A stretch of DNA of 64,000 nucleotides from Candidatus Micrarchaeota archaeon (GTDB taxonomy: Archaea; Micrarchaeota; Micrarchaeia; Anstonellales; Bilamarchaeaceae): contig WJMK01000014.1 of NCBI GenBank assembly GCA_014727975.1, positions 2,558-66,557 of the forward strand, given 5' to 3'. The translations under genes were made by a program, and so were the position numbers. Under the pieces are notes generated by a model. It did not search any database. It was given only the letters and a program-made list of their open reading frames with translations, and was not told where the DNA came from. How positions within the stretch are numbered: position 1 is the first letter of the stretch; each line of letters opens with the position of its first letter. Positions 1-7,926 of this stretch are shown here, in pieces.

Positions 1-408
1 CTATTTCCACAACTCTGACACTTTCCCCTCAACCATCCTCTCTATCCCAAACTCTATCCCTCTTTTATCTGTAGATATTATTAATGCCTTCCAGCCCTTC
101 TTTTTCATCCAGGCAACCCTGAGCCTCCTGTGCCCATCAAGCAGGAACATCCTGTTTCCTGCTTGCAGCAATATGATGGGGGTATCATAGCCTAAAGAAG
201 TCGCCTTGGAAATCTCCTCGGCCTTTTCGGTGAAGGTTGCCTGGGCTTCTTCACCTGGGTACGTATAATATATCTCACCTACCTGCCTAGGCGTGAGCTT
301 GCGCTCCACGCGCTTGAACTTTGCTTTTGGGTAAAGCTTCTTATAATACTCGAATAATTTCCTGAATAAATGCTCTTCCTCATGGGGGGATATAAGTCCT
401 GCATGCAT
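1..408 (-). CDS. ParB-like nuclease (ParB N-terminal / sulfiredoxin-fold) domain protein, about 135 aa
   Basis: ORF 1..726(-). The C-terminal half carries a ParBc-type core, PIILLQAGNRMFLLDGHRRLRVAW. I moved the start to the ATG at 408 (MHAGLISPHEE). It is preceded on the minus strand by AGGTGA (413-418) and a TATA-like CTTATATATTTT about 30 nt upstream. The longer N-terminal extension is low-complexity and overlaps the upstream gene and a repeat element. Confidence 0.6.
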   Translation of the reverse strand: MHAGLISPHEEEHLFRKLFEYYKKLYPKAKFKRVERKLTPRQVGEIYYTYPGEEAQATFTEKAEEISKATSLGYDTPIILLQAGNRMFLLDGHRRLRVAWMKKKGWKALIISTDKRGIEFGIERMVEGKVSELWK

Positions 409-482
409 AAGCTCACCTGGTAAGAGAATAGATGCAAAATATATAAGGGTTTTGGGTTGCGGAAACAAACAAAACCCAAATG

Positions 483-560
483 TTGAGCTCTGCTCAAGAG
501 TCACAGTATGAAGCAAGTGCTGTGCCGGGCTTCGCCCGCTTTGCTTCACACTGTGAGAAG
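483..560. repeat. Hairpin-rich intergenic repeat element, copy A (inverted relative to copy at 42157-42234)
   Basis: TTGAGC-TCT-GCTCAA hairpin (483-497) followed by a long imperfect hairpin, TCACAGTA TGAAGCAA ... TTGCTTCA CACTGTGA (501-557). By eye its reverse complement aligns over nearly its full length with 42157-42234, with a handful of substitutions. Confidence 0.8.
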
Positions 561-646
561 AAACCGGACCCTGAACTCTGTTCACGGGAAGAAAGCGGAG
601 CTTTCTCAGAACAGGAAACACTGTGCACACCGCCTGGAAACCAAGG

Positions 647-1933
647 TCAGCTTCCCAGCAGCCATTTCCAGGCTGGCACAACCCTGACCTTTTTTCCCCC
701 GACCTCAAACTGCTCTTCCTGGTCACGGGTGATTATGAGCCCCTCTTCAAGGCTAAAGAATTCCATGGCGGATAGCAGCCCGCCAATTTCCCTTTTGCGG
801 TTTTTTTCTTCCAGCAGATAAGTAACCTGGATGGCAGAAACTGCGTTTCCCTTTTTCGAGATTATGAAATCGCATTCTTCGCCTTTTTTGGATTTATAGT
901 AGAAAATTCCCTTGTTTTCAACTTCTCCCTCCCTCCTGAAAAGCTCAATAAAAACAAGGTTTTCCAGAATCCTGCCATAATCTTCGGCTTCCCTGGCAAG
1001 GAAATGGATGTACCCTGTATCGAATAAATATACCTTTGACCTGGAAAATTCGCTCTTCTTGAAAGATTTGGAAAACTCGCGCACATAGCATGCCATGAAT
1101 ACGTCCTCTATGGACTTAATTATGCGATAGAGGTCCTCCAAACTATAGGGGATTTTGTTTGTTTTTAGGTATCTCTCAAACGCTGTAACTGAGAAGGTGT
1201 TTCCAAAAAGATTGAGCATGTACTTCATGGTGATTTCAACAAGCTTGATGTTCTTTATGCCAAGGCGCTCAACCAGGTCTTTGTACAGAATTGAATCAAA
1301 ATAATTGTTTACCAGCTTGTTCTTCAGGGGCGCTGAATTGCTAAGCACCACTTCAGGGAACCCTCCATAAAGCAGGTACTCATCAAAAAGCCTTTTTACT
1401 TCAAAAACCTGGTCAGAATGTTCAAACCCTTTCTTCAGGGCAATGCTTTTTGCGCGCAGGACTTCTGAAAATGAAAACGGCAGCAACAAGTACGAAAGGG
1501 ATTTCCCCCTCAGGGAGGTTGCAATCTCCTTGCTCAGGAGCTTGGAGTTGGAGCCGGTAATATTCACGTTATAGCCCTCATTCAGGAGGGAAACCACAAA
1601 CCTTTCCCAGCCTTCTACAATCTGGAGCTCATCAAAAAAGAAAACCAGTTTGTCTTTGGAAAAAAGCTCTTTGGAATACTCAGGTATCCTATTTAGGTCA
1701 CTGGAATGCAGTTCTCCCAGCAGGTTGTCTTCAAAATTCACCAGCACCCAATCCTTTCCGTGTGCCTGGTTTATCATGCGGTATAATTGGTATGTCTTGC
1801 CTGCCCTTCTGGGCCCCACTATTATCGTTGCCTTGCTCAGTCCGGATTCAGGTATTTCCAGGTCCCTCTTCAAGATACTCTTTGGGACAAGTTCGCGGTA
1901 TTTCATAATTGTTTTCTTTATGTTTTCTTCCAT
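647..1933 (-). CDS. AAA+ ATPase of the archaeal COG1373 type (AAA_14 N-domain plus DUF4143-like C-domain)
   Basis: ORF 647..1990(-). Walker A is GPRRAGKTY and Walker B-like is LVFFFDELQ; length and C-terminal region are typical of this multi-copy archaeal ATPase family. I prefer the ATG at 1933 (MEENIKK) because the first 19 codons of the ORF overlap palindromic repeat copy A. Confidence 0.8.
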   Translation of the reverse strand: MEENIKKTIMKYRELVPKSILKRDLEIPESGLSKATIIVGPRRAGKTYQLYRMINQAHGKDWVLVNFEDNLLGELHSSDLNRIPEYSKELFSKDKLVFFFDELQIVEGWERFVVSLLNEGYNVNITGSNSKLLSKEIATSLRGKSLSYLLLPFSFSEVLRAKSIALKKGFEHSDQVFEVKRLFDEYLLYGGFPEVVLSNSAPLKNKLVNNYFDSILYKDLVERLGIKNIKLVEITMKYMLNLFGNTFSVTAFERYLKTNKIPYSLEDLYRIIKSIEDVFMACYVREFSKSFKKSEFSRSKVYLFDTGYIHFLAREAEDYGRILENLVFIELFRREGEVENKGIFYYKSKKGEECDFIISKKGNAVSAIQVTYLLEEKNRKREIGGLLSAMEFFSLEEGLIITRDQEEQFEVGGKKVRVVPAWKWLLGS

Positions 1934-1963
1934 ATAGGCATATCCCGGGATACATTTTATAAA

Positions 1964-2151
1964 CTTACGTTTTTCCGTAAGGATTTGCATAAAAAGCTTA
2001 CGCTTTTCCGTAAGAACTTATTTATAAAGGTATCCAAATGGACTTGGATACCTATGGGTTGCGGGTTTTGGGTTTTGGGTTGTGCGGTTCGGGGTTTGGA
2101 TTTACGGTTTTTCGTAAGAAATAGTGGGAAAAGCTTACGCTTTTCCGTAGG
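1964..2151. repeat. Four copies of an 18-nt palindromic motif CTTACG-N6-CGTAAG (operator-like)
   Basis: Copies at 1964-1981 (CTTACGTTTTTCCGTAAG), 1997-2014 (CTTACGCTTTTCCGTAAG), 2101-2118 (degenerate, TTTACGGTTTTTCGTAAG) and 2134-2151 (CTTACGCTTTTCCGTAGG). They lie upstream of the ATPase gene, in the divergent intergenic region. Confidence 0.8.
2056..2094 (+). repeat. GGGTTTT-type G-tract repeat with a canonical G-quadruplex motif
   Basis: GGG TTGC GGG TTTT GGG TTTT GGG (2056-2079), plus GGGG at 2091-2094. Related GGGTTTTGGGTT copies occur at 447-458 and, on the minus strand, across 49961-50035. Confidence 0.7.
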
Positions 2152-2328
2152 ACTTTGGGTTTGGATTAACTTAACTTATATTTTTTTGTAAGTTTGGTTG
2201 ATTCAGCGGGATTTGGCAAAAAAACGCTCGGGATGGGTTCAGTATTTCAGGACTCATGGCAAAACCCAAAACAGGAAACACTAAACATTAAAGTGCAATA
2301 TAAAACCTTTTCTGCGGAATCTGGGTTC

Positions 2329-3015
2329 ATGGGAGGAGAAATCAAATCCATATACCGGCTGCTGCTGAAAGAATACGGGGAGCAGGGCTGGTGGCCCATA
2401 AACCGGGTATACTCCCCCTCATTCAAGAAAAGGAAGCGCACCCCAGAAGAAAGGCTTGAGATTGCGGTGGGCGCAATCCTCACCCAGAACACCTCCTGGG
2501 AAAACGTGGAGAAGGCGCTGAAGAACCTGCGGGGGGCGGAGGCGCTCAGCAGGGAGGGGCTCGGGAAGCTTACTGAAAAGGAGCTTGCAACCCTTGTCCG
2601 CCCTGCGGGCTACTACAACATGAAGGCAAAGAAGATTAGGGAATACTTAAGCTATTCCGGGGGGATTACGCGGGAGGGGCTGCTGGGGGTTTGGGGGCTC
2701 GGGCCGGAAACCGTGGACTCCATCCTGCTTTATGCGTACGGGCAGCCCATGTTTGTAGTGGATGCGTATACAAAAAGAATCCTGCGCAGGATGGGGCTCT
2801 GCGGGGAGAAGGCAGCCTATTCGGAAATCCAGGAGCTTTTCCAAAAAGAGCTGAAGGAGGATGCGGCATTGTTCAATGAATACCATGCGCTCCTTGTAAG
2901 GCATGCAAAGGAGCACTGCAGGGTGAAGCCCGTGTGCGAAGGCTGCCCTCTCTGGGGAATTTGCAGGAGGGGAAAGGGGGAAAAAGATAAAAGGGAGAAA
3001 AGAGGAATAATGTAG
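2329..3015 (+). CDS. Endonuclease III-related HhH-GPD DNA glycosylase family protein with an Fe-S cluster loop
   Basis: ORF 2194..3015(+). Contains AILTQNTSW, a helix-hairpin-helix region (LGVWGLGPETVDSILLY), an Asp (VVDAYTKR) and a C-terminal C-x6-C-x2-C-x5-C (CRVKPVCEGCPLWGIC). Start placed at the ATG at 2329 (MGGEIKSIY), because the TTG-initiated extension overlaps intergenic repeats. Confidence 0.75.
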   Translation: MGGEIKSIYRLLLKEYGEQGWWPINRVYSPSFKKRKRTPEERLEIAVGAILTQNTSWENVEKALKNLRGAEALSREGLGKLTEKELATLVRPAGYYNMKAKKIREYLSYSGGITREGLLGVWGLGPETVDSILLYAYGQPMFVVDAYTKRILRRMGLCGEKAAYSEIQELFQKELKEDAALFNEYHALLVRHAKEHCRVKPVCEGCPLWGICRRGKGEKDKREKRGIM

Positions 3016-3023
3016 GTATTTGC

Positions 3024-4061
3024 ATGGGTGAAGGAGAAGTTGCAGAAAGATGGGCATACGGAGGGGACTCAATGGCAGCCAGGGGGTACGTCAGGAAGGG
3101 GAGCAGGAGAAACACTGACATAGGCACAAAAGTAAGCGAGTTCACAGGGGGAAAAATAAAGTTTGACAATTACGGGAAGTCAGGGGACACTACAGGGGGG
3201 ATGCTCGGCAGGTACAGGACCGGCCCCAACAAAAAGAGGGAAGACAGGGTGGGGCAGATGCTGGAAGGGGATTATGACGGCATAATTATTGAAGTTGGAG
3301 TAAACGACATATCTGCAAGGGGAGGGGGGAGCAGGAAGCACTGGAAAAAGGTGCTGGGCAGGATGAGGGGAAATATTGTGGAAATGTATGTGCGCGCATT
3401 CATCAAGGGTGCAGGAACCGGGAACAGGGCAGAGGTCCTGGGAAAGATTGACAGTGCAATACGGGAGCTGGAAAAAAAGCAGGGGGACATTGGTGATGCA
3501 CTGGGCAGCGGAAGGGCAAAAAGGAGGGGGGAGGCATATACCTCACGGCTTGAGATGACGAGGGAAGACATTAAGGAGAAAATATCAATCCTGGAGGACG
3601 CAAGGGAAGCATACCTGAAGCATGCAAGGGATGGAAAGCCCCCTGGCAAAAAAGTTGGCAGGATTGTTTTTGTTGAGGGGGCGCCCTGGAAAGGCCACCC
3701 CGGGTGGGAGAGAAAAGAGGGGCTGCGCACACTGGAATACAACCGCATGCTGAAAGTGATGGGCTTTGAGCTGAACAAGGTTTTTGGGGAACTGGAGGGC
3801 CCGACATTCGAAGTTGCGGAGATCTATGACGCACTTGTGTCCAAGGACGGGATGCAGATGCAGGAAAAGTATGCAGGACAAAAGAGGGGGGGAAAGGACT
3901 ACCTGCACTTCGGGGAAGAGGGAAGGGAGGTTGCTGCAGCGGTAATAGCTTCAGGCCATTTCCCGAACCATGTGGAAGACAGAGTAAAAGTAGGGGCACT
4001 TGCAAAGGGGGAAACGCACGGGCAGAAGCAAAAAAGCCAGAGGATGCTTGCAGTTAGGTAG
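3024..4061 (+). CDS. SGNH/GDSL-type hydrolase-like protein with a long charged insertion
   Basis: All four SGNH blocks occur in order: YGGDSMA (I), NYGKSGDTT (II), IIIEVGVNDI (III) and KDYLHFGEEG (V, DxxH). About 170 aa of Lys/Arg/Glu-rich helical sequence sits between blocks III and V. The antisense ORFs here are low-complexity. Confidence 0.5.
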   Translation: MGEGEVAERWAYGGDSMAARGYVRKGSRRNTDIGTKVSEFTGGKIKFDNYGKSGDTTGGMLGRYRTGPNKKREDRVGQMLEGDYDGIIIEVGVNDISARGGGSRKHWKKVLGRMRGNIVEMYVRAFIKGAGTGNRAEVLGKIDSAIRELEKKQGDIGDALGSGRAKRRGEAYTSRLEMTREDIKEKISILEDAREAYLKHARDGKPPGKKVGRIVFVEGAPWKGHPGWERKEGLRTLEYNRMLKVMGFELNKVFGELEGPTFEVAEIYDALVSKDGMQMQEKYAGQKRGGKDYLHFGEEGREVAAAVIASGHFPNHVEDRVKVGALAKGETHGQKQKSQRMLAVR

Positions 4062-4063
4062 GC

Positions 4064-4615
4064 TTATTCTTCTTTTTGCGGCTTTCCTGTCCTCCTCTCC
4101 AGGTAATCTTCCCAGTTTACGGAATCCAGTGCATCGCGGTCCCCGGTTATGTACGAGTAGACCAGCTTTGCAGATTCCTCAGGAGTCCTTTCTGAAGTAT
4201 CAAGCTCTGCAACTGTGCACGCATAATGCTTGTCTGAAAGCTGGTAGCAGTAGTCCAAAAGCTCAGCCATCATGTTTTCATCTATTTTTTCACGAAAATA
4301 GCCGCGCTCCTCCATCCTCTTCTCAAGCTTTCTTGGGTTTGTGCGGAGCACCACCACAATCTCTGCGGGGCAGGGCATCTCGCACCCAAGATGCCCCTCA
4401 AAAATAACATCTGCCTTCTCGTTCAGGATTGGGGTAATGTAAGCAGAAAGCTTTGGGATATCCACTTCTTTTTCCCCGTTGGGCGCAAGGCGGACCGATT
4501 CTGCCTCCTCTGCAATCTCAGAGATGTGGAGGACTTCCCATCCTGTAATCCTGCCCAGCTCATTCGCAACTTCTGTCTTCCCTGTGCCAGGGGTCCCTGT
4601 TATCAGTATCCTCAT
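4064..4615 (-). CDS. Fap7 / adenylate kinase isoenzyme 6-type nucleoside kinase
   Basis: MRILITGTPGTGKT P-loop at the extreme N-terminus. The 183-aa length and overall pattern are typical of the archaeal COG1936 kinases. Confidence 0.75.
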   Translation of the reverse strand: MRILITGTPGTGKTEVANELGRITGWEVLHISEIAEEAESVRLAPNGEKEVDIPKLSAYITPILNEKADVIFEGHLGCEMPCPAEIVVVLRTNPRKLEKRMEERGYFREKIDENMMAELLDYCYQLSDKHYACTVAELDTSERTPEESAKLVYSYITGDRDALDSVNWEDYLERRTGKPQKEE

Positions 4616-4624
4616 AATATCCCT

Positions 4625-6064
4625 TCAGTACTGCCTTGCTGCATACTGGTAGGTAGATGCCTCCTTCCCGCACACGATGCACTTTTTCCCGGAGGGCTTT
4701 TCATTTGCATCATGCCTTGAGCCGCGCACGTTTGCAGAGCATTCTTCCTTTAGCTTTTCTGCGCACCCCTCGCCTTCCAGGGAATCCGTGCAAAACGGGA
4801 TTCTCACAAACCCCTCTCCATTTTCAAGTGCGGATTTCAGCTCCTCCATTGTATCTGCTTCCTTGAGCATTGTTGCAAACCATTCATCTGCTTTTTCCCT
4901 GAGGGAAGCATTCATCTCCTTGCCTATTTCACCAATCTTTTTTGGAAGCTCCTCAAAGGGAACGGATTCCTTTTCCCCAGTATCCCTGCGCACAACAACT
5001 GCTTTTCCTGATTCTATGTCGCGCGCGCCGATCTCCACGCGCACTGCGGCCCCGTTGAGCTCCCAGTGGTTGTATTTGAACCCAGGGGTGTTCTCGCTGA
5101 AATCTGCAACAACCCGGTAATTCTTTGCGAGCTTTTCAGTAACCTCCTGCACAAACCTGATTACGGTTTCAGAGCCCTCCTTCCTGAGTATGGGGATCAC
5201 CACTGCCTGCACGTTTGCAAGGTGGAACGGGAGCACCATCCCCCTGCTGTCTCCGTGGATGGAAACAATTGCTGCAAATATGCGGGAGATGCAGGGCCCG
5301 TAGCAGGTCTGCCAGCAGGGCTTCTCCTCCCCGTCATCATCCATGTATTTTACGTTGAATACCTTTGCGAAATTGGTCCCAAGGTTGTGGGTGGAGGGGA
5401 GCTGGAGGGTTTTCCCGTCCGGCATCATTGTATCAGCTGCATAGGTGTCAACCGCGCCCGCGAACTTGTCCCACTGGGGCCTCCTGAAAAAGAGAAACGG
5501 GACACCGAAGGACTGGTGTATCATTTCTTCTGTGGTTTCCATGTCCTCCTGGACCTGGGAAAGAACGCCTTCCTCAGAATCAAATACATTGTGCGCCTCA
5601 ATCCAATAGAATTCCCTGCCGCGGATAAGGGGCCTGGTGGCCTTGGTTTCGTACCTCCAGACCTGGCAGGACTGGTAGACCTTTAGCGGGAGGTCGCACT
5701 TCCCGTTTATCCAAAGTGAATACATGGGGTACATCGCGGTTTCGGAAGTGGGGCGCAGGATCATTTTTTCCTCAAGCTCGTTTTTGCCTGCGCGCGTAAC
5801 CCAGAAGACTTCGGGGGCAAAGCCCTCCACATGGTCTTTCTCCGCTTCCAGGTTCTTTTCTGAAATAAGGGCAGGGAAATAGGATTTGCGGTGGCCGCGG
5901 GCCTCAAGCGCATCCTCATAGAGGCGGTACATGCGGCTGATTACGTCCGCTGCGTTGGGCATTATTACTACGAAGCCCTTGAGGTTGTAGCGGAGGTCGC
6001 AGAGCTCTGCCTCCTTTATGAGCGTATTGTACCATTCTGAGAAATTTTCCTTTGGAATGTCCAT
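4625..6064 (-). CDS. proS: Prolyl-tRNA synthetase, archaeal/eukaryotic type
   Basis: 479 aa. The N-terminus FSEWYNTLIKEAELCDLRYNLKGFVVIMP, the class II core, a C-terminal Cys-containing domain and a terminal Tyr are all characteristic of archaeal-type ProRS. Confidence 0.95.
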   Translation of the reverse strand: MDIPKENFSEWYNTLIKEAELCDLRYNLKGFVVIMPNAADVISRMYRLYEDALEARGHRKSYFPALISEKNLEAEKDHVEGFAPEVFWVTRAGKNELEEKMILRPTSETAMYPMYSLWINGKCDLPLKVYQSCQVWRYETKATRPLIRGREFYWIEAHNVFDSEEGVLSQVQEDMETTEEMIHQSFGVPFLFFRRPQWDKFAGAVDTYAADTMMPDGKTLQLPSTHNLGTNFAKVFNVKYMDDDGEEKPCWQTCYGPCISRIFAAIVSIHGDSRGMVLPFHLANVQAVVIPILRKEGSETVIRFVQEVTEKLAKNYRVVADFSENTPGFKYNHWELNGAAVRVEIGARDIESGKAVVVRRDTGEKESVPFEELPKKIGEIGKEMNASLREKADEWFATMLKEADTMEELKSALENGEGFVRIPFCTDSLEGEGCAEKLKEECSANVRGSRHDANEKPSGKKCIVCGKEASTYQYAARQY

Positions 6065-6128
6065 GATTGCACCTTATGGGGAATTGATGGGGCGAGATAT
6101 TTAAAATAGATTCTGCGTTAATGGAAGC

Positions 6129-7073
6129 GTGATACTGGAGATAGCCTTGCTGCTTGCAGGGATTGTGCTGCTTGCGTTTTCAAGCGACCGGAGTGTTGAT
6201 GTTGCGGCAAGGCTTGCAGCAACTGCAAGAATACCTTCCCTGCTTATCGGGATTGTTGTGCTTTCCATGGGGACCTCACTCCCGGAGATAAGCAGCTCGG
6301 TTGTTTCAACCCTGGAGGGGCACCCGGAAATAAACGTTGGAGACATATTCGGCTCTGCGCTTTCCCAGATTACGCTGATATTGGGGCTTGCGGTTCTGCT
6401 CGGTGGCCCGATAAAAGAGGGGAGGCGCGATGTGCTTCTGCTGGGCGGGTGCGCGATAATGGGGACGATGCTTGCGCTCTTTGTAGTGGAAAGCGGAGAC
6501 ATTACGGTTACCAATGCTCTTTTCCTCATCGTGAGCTACTTCATATTGATTTTTATTTCAAATAAATACACTGTAAAGGACTATGCTGCCCCTGAGGGAG
6601 TGAAGGCAAAAAAGTACTGGCCCTGGAGAGACAGGCTGCTTGGCTTTGGGAAACTGCTTTTTTTCATGGTGGGAGTTATTGCAAGTGCGGTGCTGGTGGT
6701 TGACTCAACAATTTCACTATCTGAAGAGTTGGGCGTCCCTTCCTACCTGGTAAGCTTCTTTGGAATCGGGATTGGGACTTCGCTTCCGGAATTGTTTGTT
6801 GCAGTTGCTGCAATAAGGAGGGGCCAGGATGAGCTTGCGATGGGAAACATACTGGGGAGCAACATCACGGACACTACGCTTGCGCTTGCTGCGGGGCCGC
6901 TCCTTGCGCCCAGCGTGCTTCCCTATTCCGGGCTTGTGGTCGCAACAGGCACATACCTGGTCCTTGCCTCCATGATTGCAGTAATGCTCTTTGCATGGAG
7001 AAAGAAAGTGGACAGGCTTGCGGCATTTGTGCTTATCGGAATCTATCTTGCATCCTACCTCCTGTTCTTATAA
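6129..7073 (+). CDS. Ca2+/cation antiporter (CaCA, YrbG/NCX-like) membrane protein
   Basis: Two alpha-repeat signatures, MGTSLPEISSSV and GIGTSLPELFVAV, in a polytopic 314-aa protein. GTG start. Confidence 0.85.
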   Translation: MILEIALLLAGIVLLAFSSDRSVDVAARLAATARIPSLLIGIVVLSMGTSLPEISSSVVSTLEGHPEINVGDIFGSALSQITLILGLAVLLGGPIKEGRRDVLLLGGCAIMGTMLALFVVESGDITVTNALFLIVSYFILIFISNKYTVKDYAAPEGVKAKKYWPWRDRLLGFGKLLFFMVGVIASAVLVVDSTISLSEELGVPSYLVSFFGIGIGTSLPELFVAVAAIRRGQDELAMGNILGSNITDTTLALAAGPLLAPSVLPYSGLVVATGTYLVLASMIAVMLFAWRKKVDRLAAFVLIGIYLASYLLFL

Positions 7074-7145
7074 GGCGCGCATGTTGCACAACCGCGTTTT
7101 TAAGCATTACCAAACAATAGTTCTACCTGATTATGGGTGGAGAGT

Positions 7146-7889
7146 ATGGCTAGAAAAACTGCTATTGTAAAAGGTTCAGAAAGAAAATCAATTGTGCCTG
7201 CCCCAAAAGGGGAACTTTCGGTGCACAGGAATCCCGTTGCAGCTGCCGCAGAAACTTTTGCGCTGAGAAGAAGAATCCGGGGGAGAAAGGAAAAAGAAAC
7301 AAGGGAAATGTTCTCTGCTGCAAAGAAAAAGAAATGGGGCACAGTTCTCAGCAGGGCAAACAGGGACAACATAAATGAGCGGGGGCCCCATGGTATGACC
7401 CTGCTTATGGAGGCTGCCTCGCAGGGTGAATATGTTGTGGTCCAGAGGCTTGTGCAGAGCGGGGCGTACAAAAGGTCGGAGGATGACCTGGGAAGGACGG
7501 CGATTGCCCATGCCCTGCTTAATTCGCACAATGATGTTGCCAAGCTCATCAATTCACTGGGAGCATCCTGGGAGCGGGACCTCCTTCTTGCGGTAAGGGA
7601 CCGCAGGGTAATGCTGGTAAAATCAATGCAGGAAGCCCTTGGGGTAACCCAGGAAGACATTGATAATGCTGAAGCGCAGTGCGACCCTGGGCGGGGCCCG
7701 GCACTTGGAAGCGCAGTGAGGAAGGTAAGTGGTGAAGCGCTTGCGCAGCATGAGCTTACAGTGATGTTCCAGCCTAAGGGAGGTGCGGGAGCAGAAAGCA
7801 AAGGTTCAGGTCCCAGCCCAGGGGAGAATAAAGGAAAAAAGAAGCCCAGGGACACTGTTAACTACTCTCCTGGGCACCATGGGTGCTGA
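7146..7889 (+). CDS. Ankyrin-repeat protein
   Basis: GMTLLMEAASQGEYVVVQRLVQSGAYKRSEDDLGRTAIAHALLNSHNDVAKLINSLGAS matches the ANK consensus (G-T-L--A---G----V--L---GA) for 2 to 3 repeats. The ATG at 7146 is preceded by GGGTGGAG. The antisense ORF 7100..7855 is Ser/Leu/Pro-rich with no motif. Confidence 0.55.
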   Translation: MARKTAIVKGSERKSIVPAPKGELSVHRNPVAAAAETFALRRRIRGRKEKETREMFSAAKKKKWGTVLSRANRDNINERGPHGMTLLMEAASQGEYVVVQRLVQSGAYKRSEDDLGRTAIAHALLNSHNDVAKLINSLGASWERDLLLAVRDRRVMLVKSMQEALGVTQEDIDNAEAQCDPGRGPALGSAVRKVSGEALAQHELTVMFQPKGGAGAESKGSGPSPGENKGKKKPRDTVNYSPGHHGC

Positions 7890-7926
7890 GTTTCTTTTAT
7901 AATTCTTTTCTTCTTTTAGTTCCAGC

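Noticed and set aside
409-726. The N-terminal 106 codons of ORF 1..726(-), which would make a 241-aa ParB-like protein overlapping the 3' end of the ATPase gene.
   Set aside because: The extension is translated from the hairpin repeat element and the terminator-like hairpins, and it has no domain signal. An internal ATG at 408 has its own SD and TATA-like box.
1964-2151. Possible CRISPR array or leader, suggested by the repeated 18-nt palindromes and G/T repeats.
   Set aside because: There are only four copies with irregular spacing (33, 104 and 33 nt start to start). The repeats are too short, no unique spacers of uniform length lie between them, and there are no cas genes in the window.
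7100-7855. A 251-aa minus-strand ORF overlapping the ankyrin-repeat ORF.
   Set aside because: It has no motif and a Ser/Leu/Pro/Ala-rich composition. The plus-strand frame shows ANK-repeat periodicity and an SD-like GGTGGAG before its ATG. The plus-strand call is still kept at only moderate confidence.
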